DNA of 63,645 nt, filler included. It is 9 parts of 9 records of this genome, joined end to end, with 100 filler letters (N's around TTAATTAATTAA, not from the genome) between each part and the next. Parts side by side here need not be neighbours in the genome. Positions count along the whole stretch, not along the records: positions 16,518 to 25,127 come from SRR31147125_28871; positions 25,228 to 35,301 come from SRR31147125_28885; 7 more parts are not named here. One strand, 5' to 3'. The position numbers and the translations under genes were made by a program. A model generated the notes under the pieces. That model made no database searches. It was not told the DNA's origin and worked only from the letters and a program-made list of their open reading frames with translations. Below, one piece after another: positions 21,566 through 32,326 of the stretch; the stretch's first letter is position 1, and every line of letters begins with the position of its first letter.

Positions 21566-22605
21566 ATGGAAACGCATCTTACGCCAGGAAAAGATCTTAG
21601 AATCGCAGTGGTCGGGGCAGGCGCCATCGGCGGTATCTGCGCCGGCCTGATTCACCGGGCCGGCCATGATGTCCAGGTGGTGGTCCGGAGGCCGGAACAT
21701 GCCGGGGAAATCAATGAAAAGGGCCTCCGGATCTCCGGCATTAAAGGGGAGTTCACCGCAAAGGTATCTGCAGTCCACGGGGTGAAACATATGAATCCGG
21801 ACCGGAATTTAATTCTCCTGGCAACCAAGGCGACGGCCCTGGATGAGGTGGCAGAAACCCTGAAATCCGTTTTAAGTCCCGGGGCCATGGTGGTATCCCT
21901 CCAGAACGGGTTCTGCGAAGAATACCTGGCATCGGTCCTGGGCAGGGACCGGGTCATCGGGTGTGTCACCGGGTGGGGCGCGACCATGCACGCCCCCTGT
22001 CATCTGGAAATGACCTCACAGGGGGATTTTATCATCGGGAATATCGATAATCTCCCCGATCCCAGACTGAAGTCCATCCAGTCCGTGCTCAATCATGTGC
22101 TTGAAACCCGTATCTCGGATAATATTACAGGCAGCCTTTATTCAAAACTGATTATCAATTCCTGCATCACCTCAATGGGGGCGGTCTGCGGGCTGTTTCT
22201 GGGGCAGATGCTGGCCAGACGGCAGGTGCGCAGCATTTTTCTTAGGATCATGAAAGAGGCCGTGGACGTGGCCAAATCCCTTGATATACATATCGAAGTC
22301 TTTGCCGGGAAATTAAATTTTTATACTTTTTCCGGGGCCGGGGGATCCTGGCCGATCTGAAACGGCATATTTTTTTAAGGGTGCTGGGCCTCAAGTATTC
22401 AAAACTCAAATCATCCAGCCTCCAGTCCCTGGAAAGGGGAGAAAAAACCGAGGTGGCGTATCTTACCGGATTTATCTGTAACAGCGGCCGCCGCAAGGGC
22501 GTCCCCACCCCTGTCAACGATCAGGTTCTGTCCATGGTCAGGGAGATTGAGCAGGGCAGACGCCCCATCTCCATGGAAAATTTAAGGCAGATCCGCCTGG
22601 GCTGA
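21566..22605 (+). CDS. panE: Ketopantoate reductase family protein (frameshift near 22340)
   Basis: GAGAIGG, LATK, SLQNG, KLIINS and SSLQSLERGEKTE motifs. Confidence 0.87.
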
Positions 22606-22651
22606 GGTGCAGCCCGGGCGGCGCAAAATCTTTGCCGACATGCCTGTTTTT

Positions 22652-23879
22652 TTACCTGATCTGGTCGCTTTCATTCAGGACAATGGGATGGATCCTGGAG
22701 GTCTTCAGACCGGCCATGGCGCACTGCCGTTTCCCATAGCCGCCCTGGGCACCGATTCCCATCATGGATACGGCCCTGGCATCGGGCAATGTATACGGGT
22801 CGGCAGCATGATAGTTGACCGTATGCCCAAGGTCTTCAAGGGAGGCGATGGTCAGCCTGCTTAGGGGATTGGCACCGGTATTAATGTAGCCTGTCATGAG
22901 TTCATTGCCAAAGGTGGATTCCCGCCAATGCCCCTCTCTTGTCCCCTGGCCCCCTCTGTTGGCCACAGGTACGGGCTGGGGGTAGGATGCCCCTGTCATC
23001 CTGCGGAATTCAGCCATGGCGTTTTGCCCGATGAATTGGGGATTGGCCGTCCCGGTCCCGATGAGCAGGCCCTTGGCATTCCAGATGGTGCCCAGCCCCA
23101 GAATATGGGCGATTTCATGTACAATGACATTGAGCAGACTTCCGTCCGCTTCCATCCGGGCCAGATCGCCCATGTCAAATTCAATGATCCCTTTTATGGG
23201 CAGATAAGACCCCGGCCGGACATGGGTGGGGCCTGCCTGACCCAGTATCCCGCCTTCACCGTCTATGGAGGCGCCTGAAAATTCAATGAGCAGATCATCT
23301 ATGATTTCCCCGTCAACCCGGTACGAAGGCAGATCCCCGATGACGATTTCCGACCATCGTTGGGCAGCCCCTTGAATAATTTCTCTTTGTCCGGCTGTAA
23401 GGCCCCCATAAATCTGACATCAATTGAAAAATCTGATCTGACATCATCTTCGACAATAAGGGTCAGGGTCCAATAGTTTAAGGACCCGCCGTCCATAAAA
23501 AACTGGTCTTCAATATGGAGGGTCCAGACTCCCTGGGGGTGGGAATCGGTAAAATCCGCCAGATTCCCTTCCGGTCTGAAACTGCCCTGAAACGGCGGGT
23601 GGGCGTTGATAATTGAGGATATTGAGCCGGAATCAAAGGTGGTGTCGATAAAATTATCCCCGGAACCCCCTGGCCGGCCACCAGGACCACCCTTTTATTT
23701 TCCGGTGAAATCAGGGAGATCCGCAGGTCCTGGGTATAGGTGTGAAATAGATTGATACTGACTTCCACACGCTGGATTTTTCCGCCGGCATCACTGATCT
23801 CTATCTGGGATTTGATATCTGTGGGTTGATACCGGTCAATCATAATGGGGTGTTCATTTTTGCCTTGGATACGTCTCAT
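22652..23879 (-). CDS. Proprotein-convertase P domain + leishmanolysin-like (M8) zinc peptidase (frameshifts near 23670 and 23405)
   Basis: P domain HTYTQDLRISLISP...GVWTLHIED...GSLNYWTL; peptidase GQAGP, HEIAHILG, HWRE, ELMTG, LEDLG. Confidence 0.85.
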
Positions 23880-24061
23880 AACAATCTCCCGTAAAAATGA
23901 TGGTTTTTTGCTTTTGCATGGGTAACGGTTTTTTCCGGTGAACAAGACGCAAAAAGGAGACAGCGACCCCGGCATTGCACCACCGGGGCGAACAGAAAGA
24001 AAAAGGGGTTGAGTTTGATTCATAGGATTATCCCTGATTCGGTTCTTTTTTTCAAGCCTGG

Positions 24062-24528
24062 TTGCAGATTAAAATTGCCTTGACAGAGGGTTCGGCCTTT
24101 TTACAGGCCATTGAACCCTATGGGTTCCAGGTCATGAATTTTGAAATGGTGTCACCGGGTACGCCCTTCCCGGCCACGGCCTCGTTTTTAAAGGGGCTAT
24201 GGGGTGCACAACCTCTTCGACTATCAATTTTATTGTGGACAATTCATTTGCGGCGCCATCCGGCCACAATTACCTGGGCATTCTGGTAACTGATCCTGAA
24301 CAAAAATTTTCCAGTGCCCAACTCTATTCCAAGGGGGAGCCGTTCATATACGAATTTTATATTGACGATCTGATCCTTGGCGTACCTGGTCCCCAGGACC
24401 CGGATCTGGCGGAGGACTGTGACGTTGACGGCCGGGACCTTTACCTGTTCACCGCTTCACCCTTCACCGGTGAGAGTCTGGCCGAATTTGCACTCAGATA
24501 CGGGGCAGTCTCTTTTTGTTTGGAATAA
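24062..24528 (+). pseudogene. Fragment of an extracellular protein ending in the same dockerin-like motif
   Basis: C-terminus DLAEDCDVDGRDLYLF...LAEFALRYG...C; no clear start or signal peptide; two overlapping frames. Confidence 0.45.
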
Positions 24529-24583
24529 TCCTGTAATGCCGGAGTCCTTCAAAAATGACATCGGCGTGAACGGCCGGACCATT

Positions 24584-25127
24584 TTATTTCAGCCGGAAGC
24601 TCAGGAACATGGCCCAGGGATTGACCATATCGTAATAGATGGATGTGGATTTATCAATGCCGACGGAAGTCTCAACCTTAAACCGGTCCGGCTTGACGAT
24701 GCGTACCGGACGGTGCTCGGAAAAATAAAGGGCTGAGTAGTATTCGGGATCATAGGGGGCCACCACGATTTTTTTCGGCGGTTTTACGGCACTCACATGA
24801 CAGGGAATGAAAAATTCATAAAAAAGCTTGCCCTTGTCCAGGCGGGCATTGAACTCTGTGATGTATTTCACGGCAAAGGGGCGGCCCTCGATCTTGATGT
24901 GGATATAATAATTATACGGGGCAATATAGCCAAAGGCCTTTTCCCTGATTACGGCCACCTCTTTTTTATCCAGGGATCCGTTTTTATCCGTGTCAAAATC
25001 CTCAGCAATCATCACGGAAAACATTTCGTCAAATCCCCAGTTTATTTTGAACCCTTCCAGGCCCTTGTCATCGAACCGGATTTCCATTTTCTGTTCGATG
25101 AATACATGGGGGTGGGCCTGGGCCTCC
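24584..25127 (-). CDS. DUF1007-family periplasmic protein (5'-truncated)
   Basis: AQAHPHVFI, W.FDEMFS, DTDKNGSLD and YDPEYY motifs. Confidence 0.85.
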
Positions 25128-25227
25128 NNNNNNNNNNNNNNNNNNNNNNNNNNNNNNNNNNNNNNNNNNNNTTAATTAATTAANNNNNNNNNNNNNNNNN
25201 NNNNNNNNNNNNNNNNNNNNNNNNNNN
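25128..25227. other. Artificial contig spacer
   Basis: N-run with TTAATTAATTAA. Confidence 0.99.
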
Positions 25228-25234
25228 GTGAAAT

Positions 25235-25258
25235 TTCCCACACTCTTTCGGTCAGTTA
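25235..25258. repeat. Copy of the MITE terminal repeat at a contig end
   Basis: TTCCCACACTCTTTCGGTCAGTTA, 23/24 identical to 9896-9919. Confidence 0.8.
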
Positions 25259-25271
25259 ATGCAGATTCATC

Positions 25272-26324
25272 CTATTCGCGCAGCTGCTGTATAGCTTCAT
25301 TATATTCAGCTAATCGAACCTTCAGCTCATCGACCTTTTTATATGCTTCGGGATTTCCTGTTGTATAAGCAACTTCCTGCATAAAACTTACGGATTGCCG
25401 CAGCTGCCCCATGACTTCGTAGAGAACCGCTGCATTGTATCCGGCCTCGTAGTATCCGGATTCATACCATATTTCCAGGTAAGTTGAGAGTGCTTTGGCG
25501 TAATACCCGCTCTTTATATATTGGTCGGCAAGTTCCATTTTCGGATTTTCGGAAGTATCACTCTTGAAAAAACGTCGTTCACGTACCGTTCTGGGGACAA
25601 GCTGATACCGAATTCCTGACGCAAAACTATCGATTATGGATGCGTACATGTCATACAGCTTCGGGGCACGGAATGTATCCATATCTTCGATATACGTCTG
25701 CTGATGACGTTCATCTTTGAAATATCTTGTTGCTATAATCTGACTTGTCCGCAGGTCCAGAATGCTGTAACTGAATTCCAGCGATACTGCCTGATACAGA
25801 TATTGCCAGATTTCGGTGACAACACCGCCAGCTCCATCATCAACCTCTACTTCTCGTTCAATGACTTCTTCATTGAAACGCATATCCTCTATTGTTCCGA
25901 TCAGGCTGGCAGTAACATTGAAGTTATTCATCAGTACATCGGATGAGTAGGCACCGCCTTTATTAGAAATCTGTTTAAAGGGACGAAGCTGCGCAGGCGG
26001 AATTATCGTGAAATAATCGGATGACTGCAGGCTGTAAAGGATGCTGCGTTCAAATTTGCTGGCAACATCTTTGTCCATCATGAGTGTGAATCCAGTCGGT
26101 TGATCTATATCTTCCCCGGAAAGCAGGTCAAACAAAATTGTGCCGGCAAAATCCAGTATTGTGAATTCATACGGTTCAATATCAAAAAGTGCAAGATGGG
26201 TATATTCCGACATATTTATTTCTGCCGGTTTTACAACATCAAAAGCCACACTAGTCGCACAGCCGCTCAGCAGGATTGCCAACAACAGCAGGACCCCAAG
26301 TTTTTCAATATATCGTTTTTTCAT
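25272..26324 (-). CDS. Lipoprotein with C-terminal TPR-like helices
   Basis: Lipobox LSGC, PAEIN motif, AGYNAAVLYEVMG TPR-like pattern. Confidence 0.75.
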   Translation of the reverse strand: MKKRYIEKLGVLLLLAILLSGCATSVAFDVVKPAEINMSEYTHLALFDIEPYEFTILDFAGTILFDLLSGEDIDQPTGFTLMMDKDVASKFERSILYSLQSSDYFTIIPPAQLRPFKQISNKGGAYSSDVLMNNFNVTASLIGTIEDMRFNEEVIEREVEVDDGAGGVVTEIWQYLYQAVSLEFSYSILDLRTSQIIATRYFKDERHQQTYIEDMDTFRAPKLYDMYASIIDSFASGIRYQLVPRTVRERRFFKSDTSENPKMELADQYIKSGYYAKALSTYLEIWYESGYYEAGYNAAVLYEVMGQLRQSVSFMQEVAYTTGNPEAYKKVDELKVRLAEYNEAIQQLRE

Positions 26325-26452
26325 AATTTCCCCACTTTATGTATTTTCATTGTGTACTATCACTCTAACCGCTGAACGAATAGTCGGTTACGCTATTCCG
26401 CTAAAAATCCACTTTTTACAGTATATTCATACCTTTACGATAGAAAATTCTG

Positions 26453-27601
26453 TCACGAAACTGTGTTCAAAATACGTTCTGAATTATAGAGCCTGGAGGT
26501 ACTGATGATAAACACGGCAATAACTGAACAATTCGAGACAAGAAACAACAGCAGATTTGCCAGATTCACATCTCCGATAATAGCACCTTTAATCATAAAT
26601 ACGGTATTCAAAAACGGTACCAGAAACAGCAGCTGATTGGAGGACGGATCAACCCGCATGGTTGCAACACCCAGCAGCACAATAATAATGTAGATCGGCA
26701 TGATATAACTGGCAGCTTCCTTCATTGTTTTTGCCAGGCTGCCGACAAAAATGATTATTGAGGCTGCCAGTGTACTGGTTACTGCCAGGGTCAGCAGCAG
26801 TGATATAAGCGATATAAAAGAGAATCCGCTGAATGTGGTTGCTTCACCAAACATTCCACCCGTTATTGATATTGCGGTAATAAATCCTAAAAATGTCATG
26901 ATGCTTGATGATATACCAACCACCACCGCATACATAACTTTCCCCAGGGCTATTGATGTCCGCGACACCTGATTCACCAAAATAGCGGCAAGACTGCCCC
27001 GCTCTTTCTCTCCCGCAGTAGTATCCATACCGACACTCATAGCACCGGCAAATACGTAAATAAGTATAAGGTAAGGTACCATCATGAGCAGCATGCCTGC
27101 CCCCTGGGCCTGTTCCGGTGCTAAATCCCAAAGTTCTGAACTGACAGTAAACAGCGATTTAAGGTCGATTCCGTAATCATCAAGATATACATCAGCCAGA
27201 TACGATGAATATTCACTTAACGCCCCTCTCAGCATGGAAGCGGCATAAGAAGATTGCGACGAAGTGGAATCGAAAAATACTTTTACCATGACATGATCAC
27301 CAGGCTGATACCCATTGGAAAATTCCACAGTGAGGATTCCTTGTCCAGATCCTTCAACCAATTGATAGACCATCCGCTGACCAATAATTTCCCGCAGAAC
27401 AGGATCGTCATTATTTACAATATTGACCAGATACTCGGTGACCTCCGCTGTTTCACGCTGTTGATTCTCAATAAAATCCATACCGATAAACATCAAAGGT
27501 ATGAGTAAAAACGGGATGACGAGAGTTGCGATAAGGGTTCGTTTATCTTTGATAATATTCTTCAGCTCTTTTCTCAGAATAATGAATGCATCTTTTATCA
27601 T
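26453..27601 (-). CDS. natB: ABC-2 permease, NatB-like
   Basis: KELKNIIKDKRT, AGEKERGSL, LGK and AKTMKEA motifs. Confidence 0.82.
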   Translation of the reverse strand: MIKDAFIILRKELKNIIKDKRTLIATLVIPFLLIPLMFIGMDFIENQQRETAEVTEYLVNIVNNDDPVLREIIGQRMVYQLVEGSGQGILTVEFSNGYQPGDHVMVKVFFDSTSSQSSYAASMLRGALSEYSSYLADVYLDDYGIDLKSLFTVSSELWDLAPEQAQGAGMLLMMVPYLILIYVFAGAMSVGMDTTAGEKERGSLAAILVNQVSRTSIALGKVMYAVVVGISSSIMTFLGFITAISITGGMFGEATTFSGFSFISLISLLLTLAVTSTLAASIIIFVGSLAKTMKEAASYIMPIYIIIVLLGVATMRVDPSSNQLLFLVPFLNTVFMIKGAIIGDVNLANLLLFLVSNCSVIAVFIISTSRLYNSERILNTVS

Positions 27602-28341
27602 ATTATTATCCCCTTATTACGAGCCAGGCTGAAAAAGAGATCTTCCAGTGATTCCGAGCCCATATCTGCCAGGATCTCTTCTTTGGTGCCATTTACCAGC
27701 AGCTCTCCTTCCAGAATAATTCCGATTTTGTCACACAGTTTTTCCGCTTCAGAAAGAATATGTGTAGAAAGAATTACCGTTTTCCCCTGTTTCGCGGCAT
27801 CATTGAGAAAATCAACAACTACTTTAACAGCTAGTACGTCAAGGTTACTGGTGGGTTCATCAAAAATGATGATATCTGGATCATGGATTATACTGACGGC
27901 AATTGATGTCTTCTGTTTCATTCCGGCAGACAGACGTTCTATGGCTCTGTCCATAAAGTCTTCCATTCCGAGATATCCGGCAATTTCCTTGATTCTCTTT
28001 TCGGAAACCTCTTTTGGTATATGGTTCAGACGGGAGAAAAACTGCAGCATTTCACGCGGTGACAGATTCCCTGAAAGTTTCATATCCCCGGTCAGCAATC
28101 CGATGGTGTCCCGAACATCCCGACCCTTCTCTACCGTATTCATACCTTTCACCAGCACCTTGCCGCTGTCGGCTTTCAGTAGTGTGGCAATGATCCTGAG
28201 CGTCGTTGTTTTTCCTGCCCCGTTCGGGCCAAGCAATCCGTAAATTTCTCCCGGTTTTGCCGTAAAAGAGATATCTTTCAGTACATGTTTTGTTCCCTTA
28301 CGGGTTTTAAAACTTTTATTAACCTGTTGCACTTCGATCAT
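27598..28341 (-). CDS. natA: ABC ATP-binding protein, NatA-like
   Basis: GPNGAGKTT, LSAGMKQK, FDEPT and STH motifs. Confidence 0.85.
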   Translation of the reverse strand: MIEVQQVNKSFKTRKGTKHVLKDISFTAKPGEIYGLLGPNGAGKTTTLRIIATLLKADSGKVLVKGMNTVEKGRDVRDTIGLLTGDMKLSGNLSPREMLQFFSRLNHIPKEVSEKRIKEIAGYLGMEDFMDRAIERLSAGMKQKTSIAVSIIHDPDIIIFDEPTSNLDVLAVKVVVDFLNDAAKQGKTVILSTHILSEAEKLCDKIGIILEGELLVNGTKEEILADMGSESLEDLFFSLARNKGIII

Positions 28342-28367
28342 AAAAACCCCTGTTCTTCGTAATCATT

Positions 28368-29375
28368 TTATAATGAATACTTTTCAGCAATCCGAAATGC
28401 TTCTACCAGACTCACCTCTGAGGCAATTCCGGTTCCAGCTATATCAAAAGCCGTGCCATGATCCACCGATGTGCGCAGAAACGGCAGTCCCAGTGTTACC
28501 GATATTGTTCGCTCAAAATCGTATGTTTTAGCCGCAATATGCCCTTGGTCATGGTAAAGCGATAGTACAGCGCTATAGCGGCCGATTTTTGCCTGATGAA
28601 AAACAGAATCAGCACCTATCGGACCAACTACAGACAATCCTTCTTCAACCGCTTTCTCAACAGCCGGTCTTACTGCGGTATCATCCTCATCCCCGAAGAG
28701 TCCATGTTCCCCGCTATGCGGGTTCAAACCGGCAACAGCTAGAGGTTTTCCAGAACTATCCCCTAATCTTTTCAAGGCTTCTATGCAGATTAGTATATGG
28801 TTGTATACCGAATCTTTGGTAACAAGGTCACAGGCCTTGCGTAAAGATACATGCCGGCTCAGGAAAAAGATGCGCATCCCAAGGGTTTCAAACATAGTGA
28901 GTGGTTTATCCGCTCCTGAAAGCTCTCCAAGAATTTCCGTATGTCCGATAAAGGGAATATTCGCCGCTTTGAGGGATTCCTTATTTATGGGGCCGGTGAC
29001 TATTACATCACACACACCCTGCTGAACACATGCAATCGCCTGTTCGATATACCTGAACGCGGCTTTCCCGCATGCGGCATTAACCTGTCCAAACGTTATC
29101 TGTTCTTGCGGGGCAAGCATTTCGCAGTCAAAGATCAGTGGATCGGAAGACTTGTCATCAGCCAGTTTGTGCTTCAATTCATCAATTGATGAAACTTTTG
29201 GAGGAAGCTCAGAATATCCGCAAATTTCCGCGGCCTTCCGAAATGCTGATTCATCACAAAAAAGAATTGGTTTTGCATGATATTCCATATTTGACAAGAA
29301 TGCTTTTGCCGTAATTTCTCCACCTATTCCAGCAGGATCTCCCATTGTTACAGCAATCACAGGTCTGTTTTTCAT
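28368..29375 (-). CDS. pdxA: PdxA-family 4-phospho-acid dehydrogenase (possibly PdxA2)
   Basis: TMGDPAGIG, GHTE, NPHSGE, YHDQGH and RTSVDHGTAFDIAG motifs. Confidence 0.93.
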   Translation of the reverse strand: MKNRPVIAVTMGDPAGIGGEITAKAFLSNMEYHAKPILFCDESAFRKAAEICGYSELPPKVSSIDELKHKLADDKSSDPLIFDCEMLAPQEQITFGQVNAACGKAAFRYIEQAIACVQQGVCDVIVTGPINKESLKAANIPFIGHTEILGELSGADKPLTMFETLGMRIFFLSRHVSLRKACDLVTKDSVYNHILICIEALKRLGDSSGKPLAVAGLNPHSGEHGLFGDEDDTAVRPAVEKAVEEGLSVVGPIGADSVFHQAKIGRYSAVLSLYHDQGHIAAKTYDFERTISVTLGLPFLRTSVDHGTAFDIAGTGIASEVSLVEAFRIAEKYSL

Positions 29376-29474
29376 AGTCTCTCCACTTACGCAGTTTCAT
29401 GAGGATTTAGTTTGATGGTAACTGCATTGCAGTGGATATACAATATATAATCGGTAAATTATTATATAATTCTC

Positions 29475-29499
29475 ACTGACCGAAAGTATGTGGGATTTC
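29475..29499. repeat. Degenerate solo copy of the MITE end
   Basis: ACTGACCGAAAGTATGTGGGA, followed by TTTATCCA as in the 9756 copy. Confidence 0.55.
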
Positions 29500-29532
29500 T
29501 GATTGCCTTTATCCATTCCTGAGGATACAGTA

Positions 29533-30048
29533 ATGTGTATGATTAACATCTATACTGCAATTTATGACTCTCCCATCGGACCGCTCTATCTCGCTGTCAC
29601 TGAAAGCGGTACAGCGTTGTGGTGTGATATCATTCCACCCCCAAAAGCATGGCAATGTACTCCGAACTGGGAAATATGCGGCAGTTTTATTCAAGAGATT
29701 CAGGAATATTTTACCGGCTCCCGCAAAGAATTTTCGATACCTGTACAGCTCCACGGGACTGCATTTCAAAAAGATGTATATGCCCGGATACTACATATCC
29801 AATACGGTAATACCGCATCGTACGGGACAATCGCACGTTTATGCGGCACCCCGAATGCGTATCGAGCTGTCGGAAACGCGGCAGGATCCAATCATCTGCT
29901 TATACTCATACCCTGTCACAGAATTGTTCCAAAATCTGCGCTTTCTCAAAGTTGTGATGGATTAGCTGTTACTGCTGCTAAGATTGGACAGTATCGAGCT
30001 GGGAACGAAAACAAACGCTATCTATTAGCACTAGAAGGCTTAATATAG
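29533..30048 (+). CDS. ogt: Methylated-DNA--protein-cysteine methyltransferase
   Basis: SPIG, GTAFQ, RAVGNA and active-site PCHR. Confidence 0.9.
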   Translation: MCMINIYTAIYDSPIGPLYLAVTESGTALWCDIIPPPKAWQCTPNWEICGSFIQEIQEYFTGSRKEFSIPVQLHGTAFQKDVYARILHIQYGNTASYGTIARLCGTPNAYRAVGNAAGSNHLLILIPCHRIVPKSALSQSCDGLAVTAAKIGQYRAGNENKRYLLALEGLI

Positions 30049-30087
30049 TACGATAATTGCGGTAAATTCTCCTGCGGATTTTACCTG

Positions 30088-30822
30088 TTACACAGTCCAG
30101 ATCCCAGCTTCAATCAGTTGTGAGGAGGCTCTTTCCGCCCATCCGCGATTTGCGGCGGGACTGGCGGGGCTTGGATGCAGAATTGTCATTACCTGGAAAT
30201 CTCCGATTCTCGCTGCCGCTGCCAGCAGTTTCTTCTCGGCATACTTTCCAACCCCAACCAGAAACTTGGGCTGTATGGTACGTATCACCTCATCAAGATG
30301 AATATCACAAGCGGCATCCAGCGGCAGCCGCTCCTCCTTTGTCAATTTATCGGGAGTGAGATTCTTTCCTCCCTCCTCCATAAATACCAAAGGGCAGTAG
30401 TTCATGACAAAATGATCGCGGAAAAAATCCGCGGCTGTATCGAAACGGTCAGCCATCAATCCCCATAATCTCCTGCCGCTGACTTCGCTGCGCGGACATT
30501 CATACCCCTGAACCGGACGTTTAGGATGCTCATTTAGCGGCTTTCCTATCGGTGCATCAATCCCCATCCAATCGGTCACCGCGGCCACTTCTCCAAAGGG
30601 TATCCCTGTTTGAGCCATTCCCCAAGGTCCGGGATTCATTCCAAGCATTAAAACCTGTTTTGCGGAATTGCCGAACCATTCGACATACTGTACATAAGGC
30701 GCACGTGCATAATCGAGAGGATTATATATCCATGTGCGTTCAGCGGGAAATGCCAGAGAGTCCACATGGGTGCTGAGATTGTCGGCTGCCGCGAGCAGAC
30801 GTTCAGATATAGTCATCTTCAT
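30088..30822 (-). CDS. smug1: SMUG1-type (family 3) uracil-DNA glycosylase
   Basis: YNPLDYA, GMNPGPWGMAQTGIPFG, SEVSGRRLW, NYCPL and HPSP motifs. Confidence 0.93.
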   Translation of the reverse strand: MKMTISERLLAAADNLSTHVDSLAFPAERTWIYNPLDYARAPYVQYVEWFGNSAKQVLMLGMNPGPWGMAQTGIPFGEVAAVTDWMGIDAPIGKPLNEHPKRPVQGYECPRSEVSGRRLWGLMADRFDTAADFFRDHFVMNYCPLVFMEEGGKNLTPDKLTKEERLPLDAACDIHLDEVIRTIQPKFLVGVGKYAEKKLLAAAARIGDFQVMTILHPSPASPAANRGWAERASSQLIEAGIWTV

Positions 30823-30837
30823 CTATTCCGATTTCTG

Positions 30838-32298
30838 CTATTGATTCGCTTTATGTTCGTCAGCACTCTTTGCTTTATGACGTTCCGGGCGGTACCAGAT
30901 ATGACTGCGCTGAGCAACCGAGCGACGTCTTGAAATAAAGAAAAAAGAGACAGTCACAAACAGCAGGTATCCCACACTAACCAGTACGGCCAGCCAGAAC
31001 AGTGACGGATTACTTCTGCTGACACTGTATGCCGGCAGATTTATCGACAATATGAGCGGTATGGCAAACAGAAACGTAATTCCTGAAGCATACATATAAT
31101 CAGATGCAACCGGGGTTTCAAATTCCGGGTCGATAACGCGCAGCAAAGCCAGCCCGGTAGGCATGGTACCGGTTGAGGCTCCAAAAATTACCAGAGCCCG
31201 GTGGAATTGATGATCCACGAACATTCTGGAACATATCCACGGTAATGTGAAAAAGGCACCCAGTCCTCCAACAGAACAGAGGATGAGAATCGGCAGCCAA
31301 TACTGACCGACAACTACCAGAGAAATTGCCGCGATGGATGCGGTTACCGTTAAGTCAACAGATAATCCGGATATTCGCGTCATGGTCCCGCTGTCTACAA
31401 CGTAGTGAATCTTTGCCTTTTTCATTACTGCCTTAACCAACATGGCCGTCATGGCAGAGAATATAAAGTTGATGCCCCACAAATTGGTTGCCAGTTCGAC
31501 ACCGAGGTCTCCGATCAGACTGAGTAATATTGTCAGTAAGGTCAGCAGCCCATAGCTCAGCAGATAGGTACCAAACACAATAGCGGCATTAAATGTCATT
31601 GAATCGATGGCTTCCGTTTCGGTTGTCATACTTGACCCGCGCGGTTTTTTGCTGTTTCTTCCCAGGATTCCGCTTCTTACGCCTTTATCCCGGATTTTCT
31701 GAATTTCCTCTTCACTGATCCAGCCTTTTTTCAGCCCCCAGTTAATCATAAATATACCGCCAAAACAGCCGAATAGAAATCCGATAGCGGCGAATGTGAG
31801 TCCTGTGGAACTTGCTCCTACAAAACCGAACGATTCCCAGCCGCTGCCGATTGCAAATGATTGCCCCGGTCCTAAAACAAAACCCAATGGAAGGGAGAAT
31901 CCAATCGCTGGAAACAGATCCGGCATGATGGTATTTATCAGGAGTGCGGTGATCAAAAGTCCCAGCACACACTGCAGGGCATATTGGGAGAGTACACCGA
32001 TAGATGTTGGGAAAATTCTTCTCCGCATCGATTTTGAGGCCTTGATCGATTTTCTCAATGTCATGGCAATGAATGAGAGATTCAGTAGATGATATACCAG
32101 TTCTCCCAGAAAATCGGTTGTGAGCGCCAGTTTAGGTGCAAAATAGTTGTAAAACACCAGAAGGATAAATCCCGCGGTAAGAGAATTGGGGATGAGGAAT
32201 CTCTGAAAAAATCTGACCCTTGACCGTATTAATGTAGCTATTAGCAGTGCTGTTGATAATATTCCCAGATGAATGATATAGGTCCAGTTAAAATCCAT
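30838..32298 (-). CDS. gltS: Sodium:glutamate symporter family
   Basis: Multi-TM; IPNSLTAG, GF..GPGQ and FGASTGTMPTGLALLRVIDP motifs. Confidence 0.85.
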   Translation of the reverse strand: MDFNWTYIIHLGILSTALLIATLIRSRVRFFQRFLIPNSLTAGFILLVFYNYFAPKLALTTDFLGELVYHLLNLSFIAMTLRKSIKASKSMRRRIFPTSIGVLSQYALQCVLGLLITALLINTIMPDLFPAIGFSLPLGFVLGPGQSFAIGSGWESFGFVGASSTGLTFAAIGFLFGCFGGIFMINWGLKKGWISEEEIQKIRDKGVRSGILGRNSKKPRGSSMTTETEAIDSMTFNAAIVFGTYLLSYGLLTLLTILLSLIGDLGVELATNLWGINFIFSAMTAMLVKAVMKKAKIHYVVDSGTMTRISGLSVDLTVTASIAAISLVVVGQYWLPILILCSVGGLGAFFTLPWICSRMFVDHQFHRALVIFGASTGTMPTGLALLRVIDPEFETPVASDYMYASGITFLFAIPLILSINLPAYSVSRSNPSLFWLAVLVSVGYLLFVTVSFFFISRRRSVAQRSHIWYRPERHKAKSADEHKANQ

Positions 32299-32326
32299 TG
32301 CACTCTCCTCCTGTGGCGGTGTACAT

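Noticed and set aside
23920-24000. c-di-GMP-I riboswitch suggested by GACGCAAA
   Set aside because: The GGCAAA and GNRA-tetraloop stem are missing, and the orientation is opposite to the adjacent peptidase gene.
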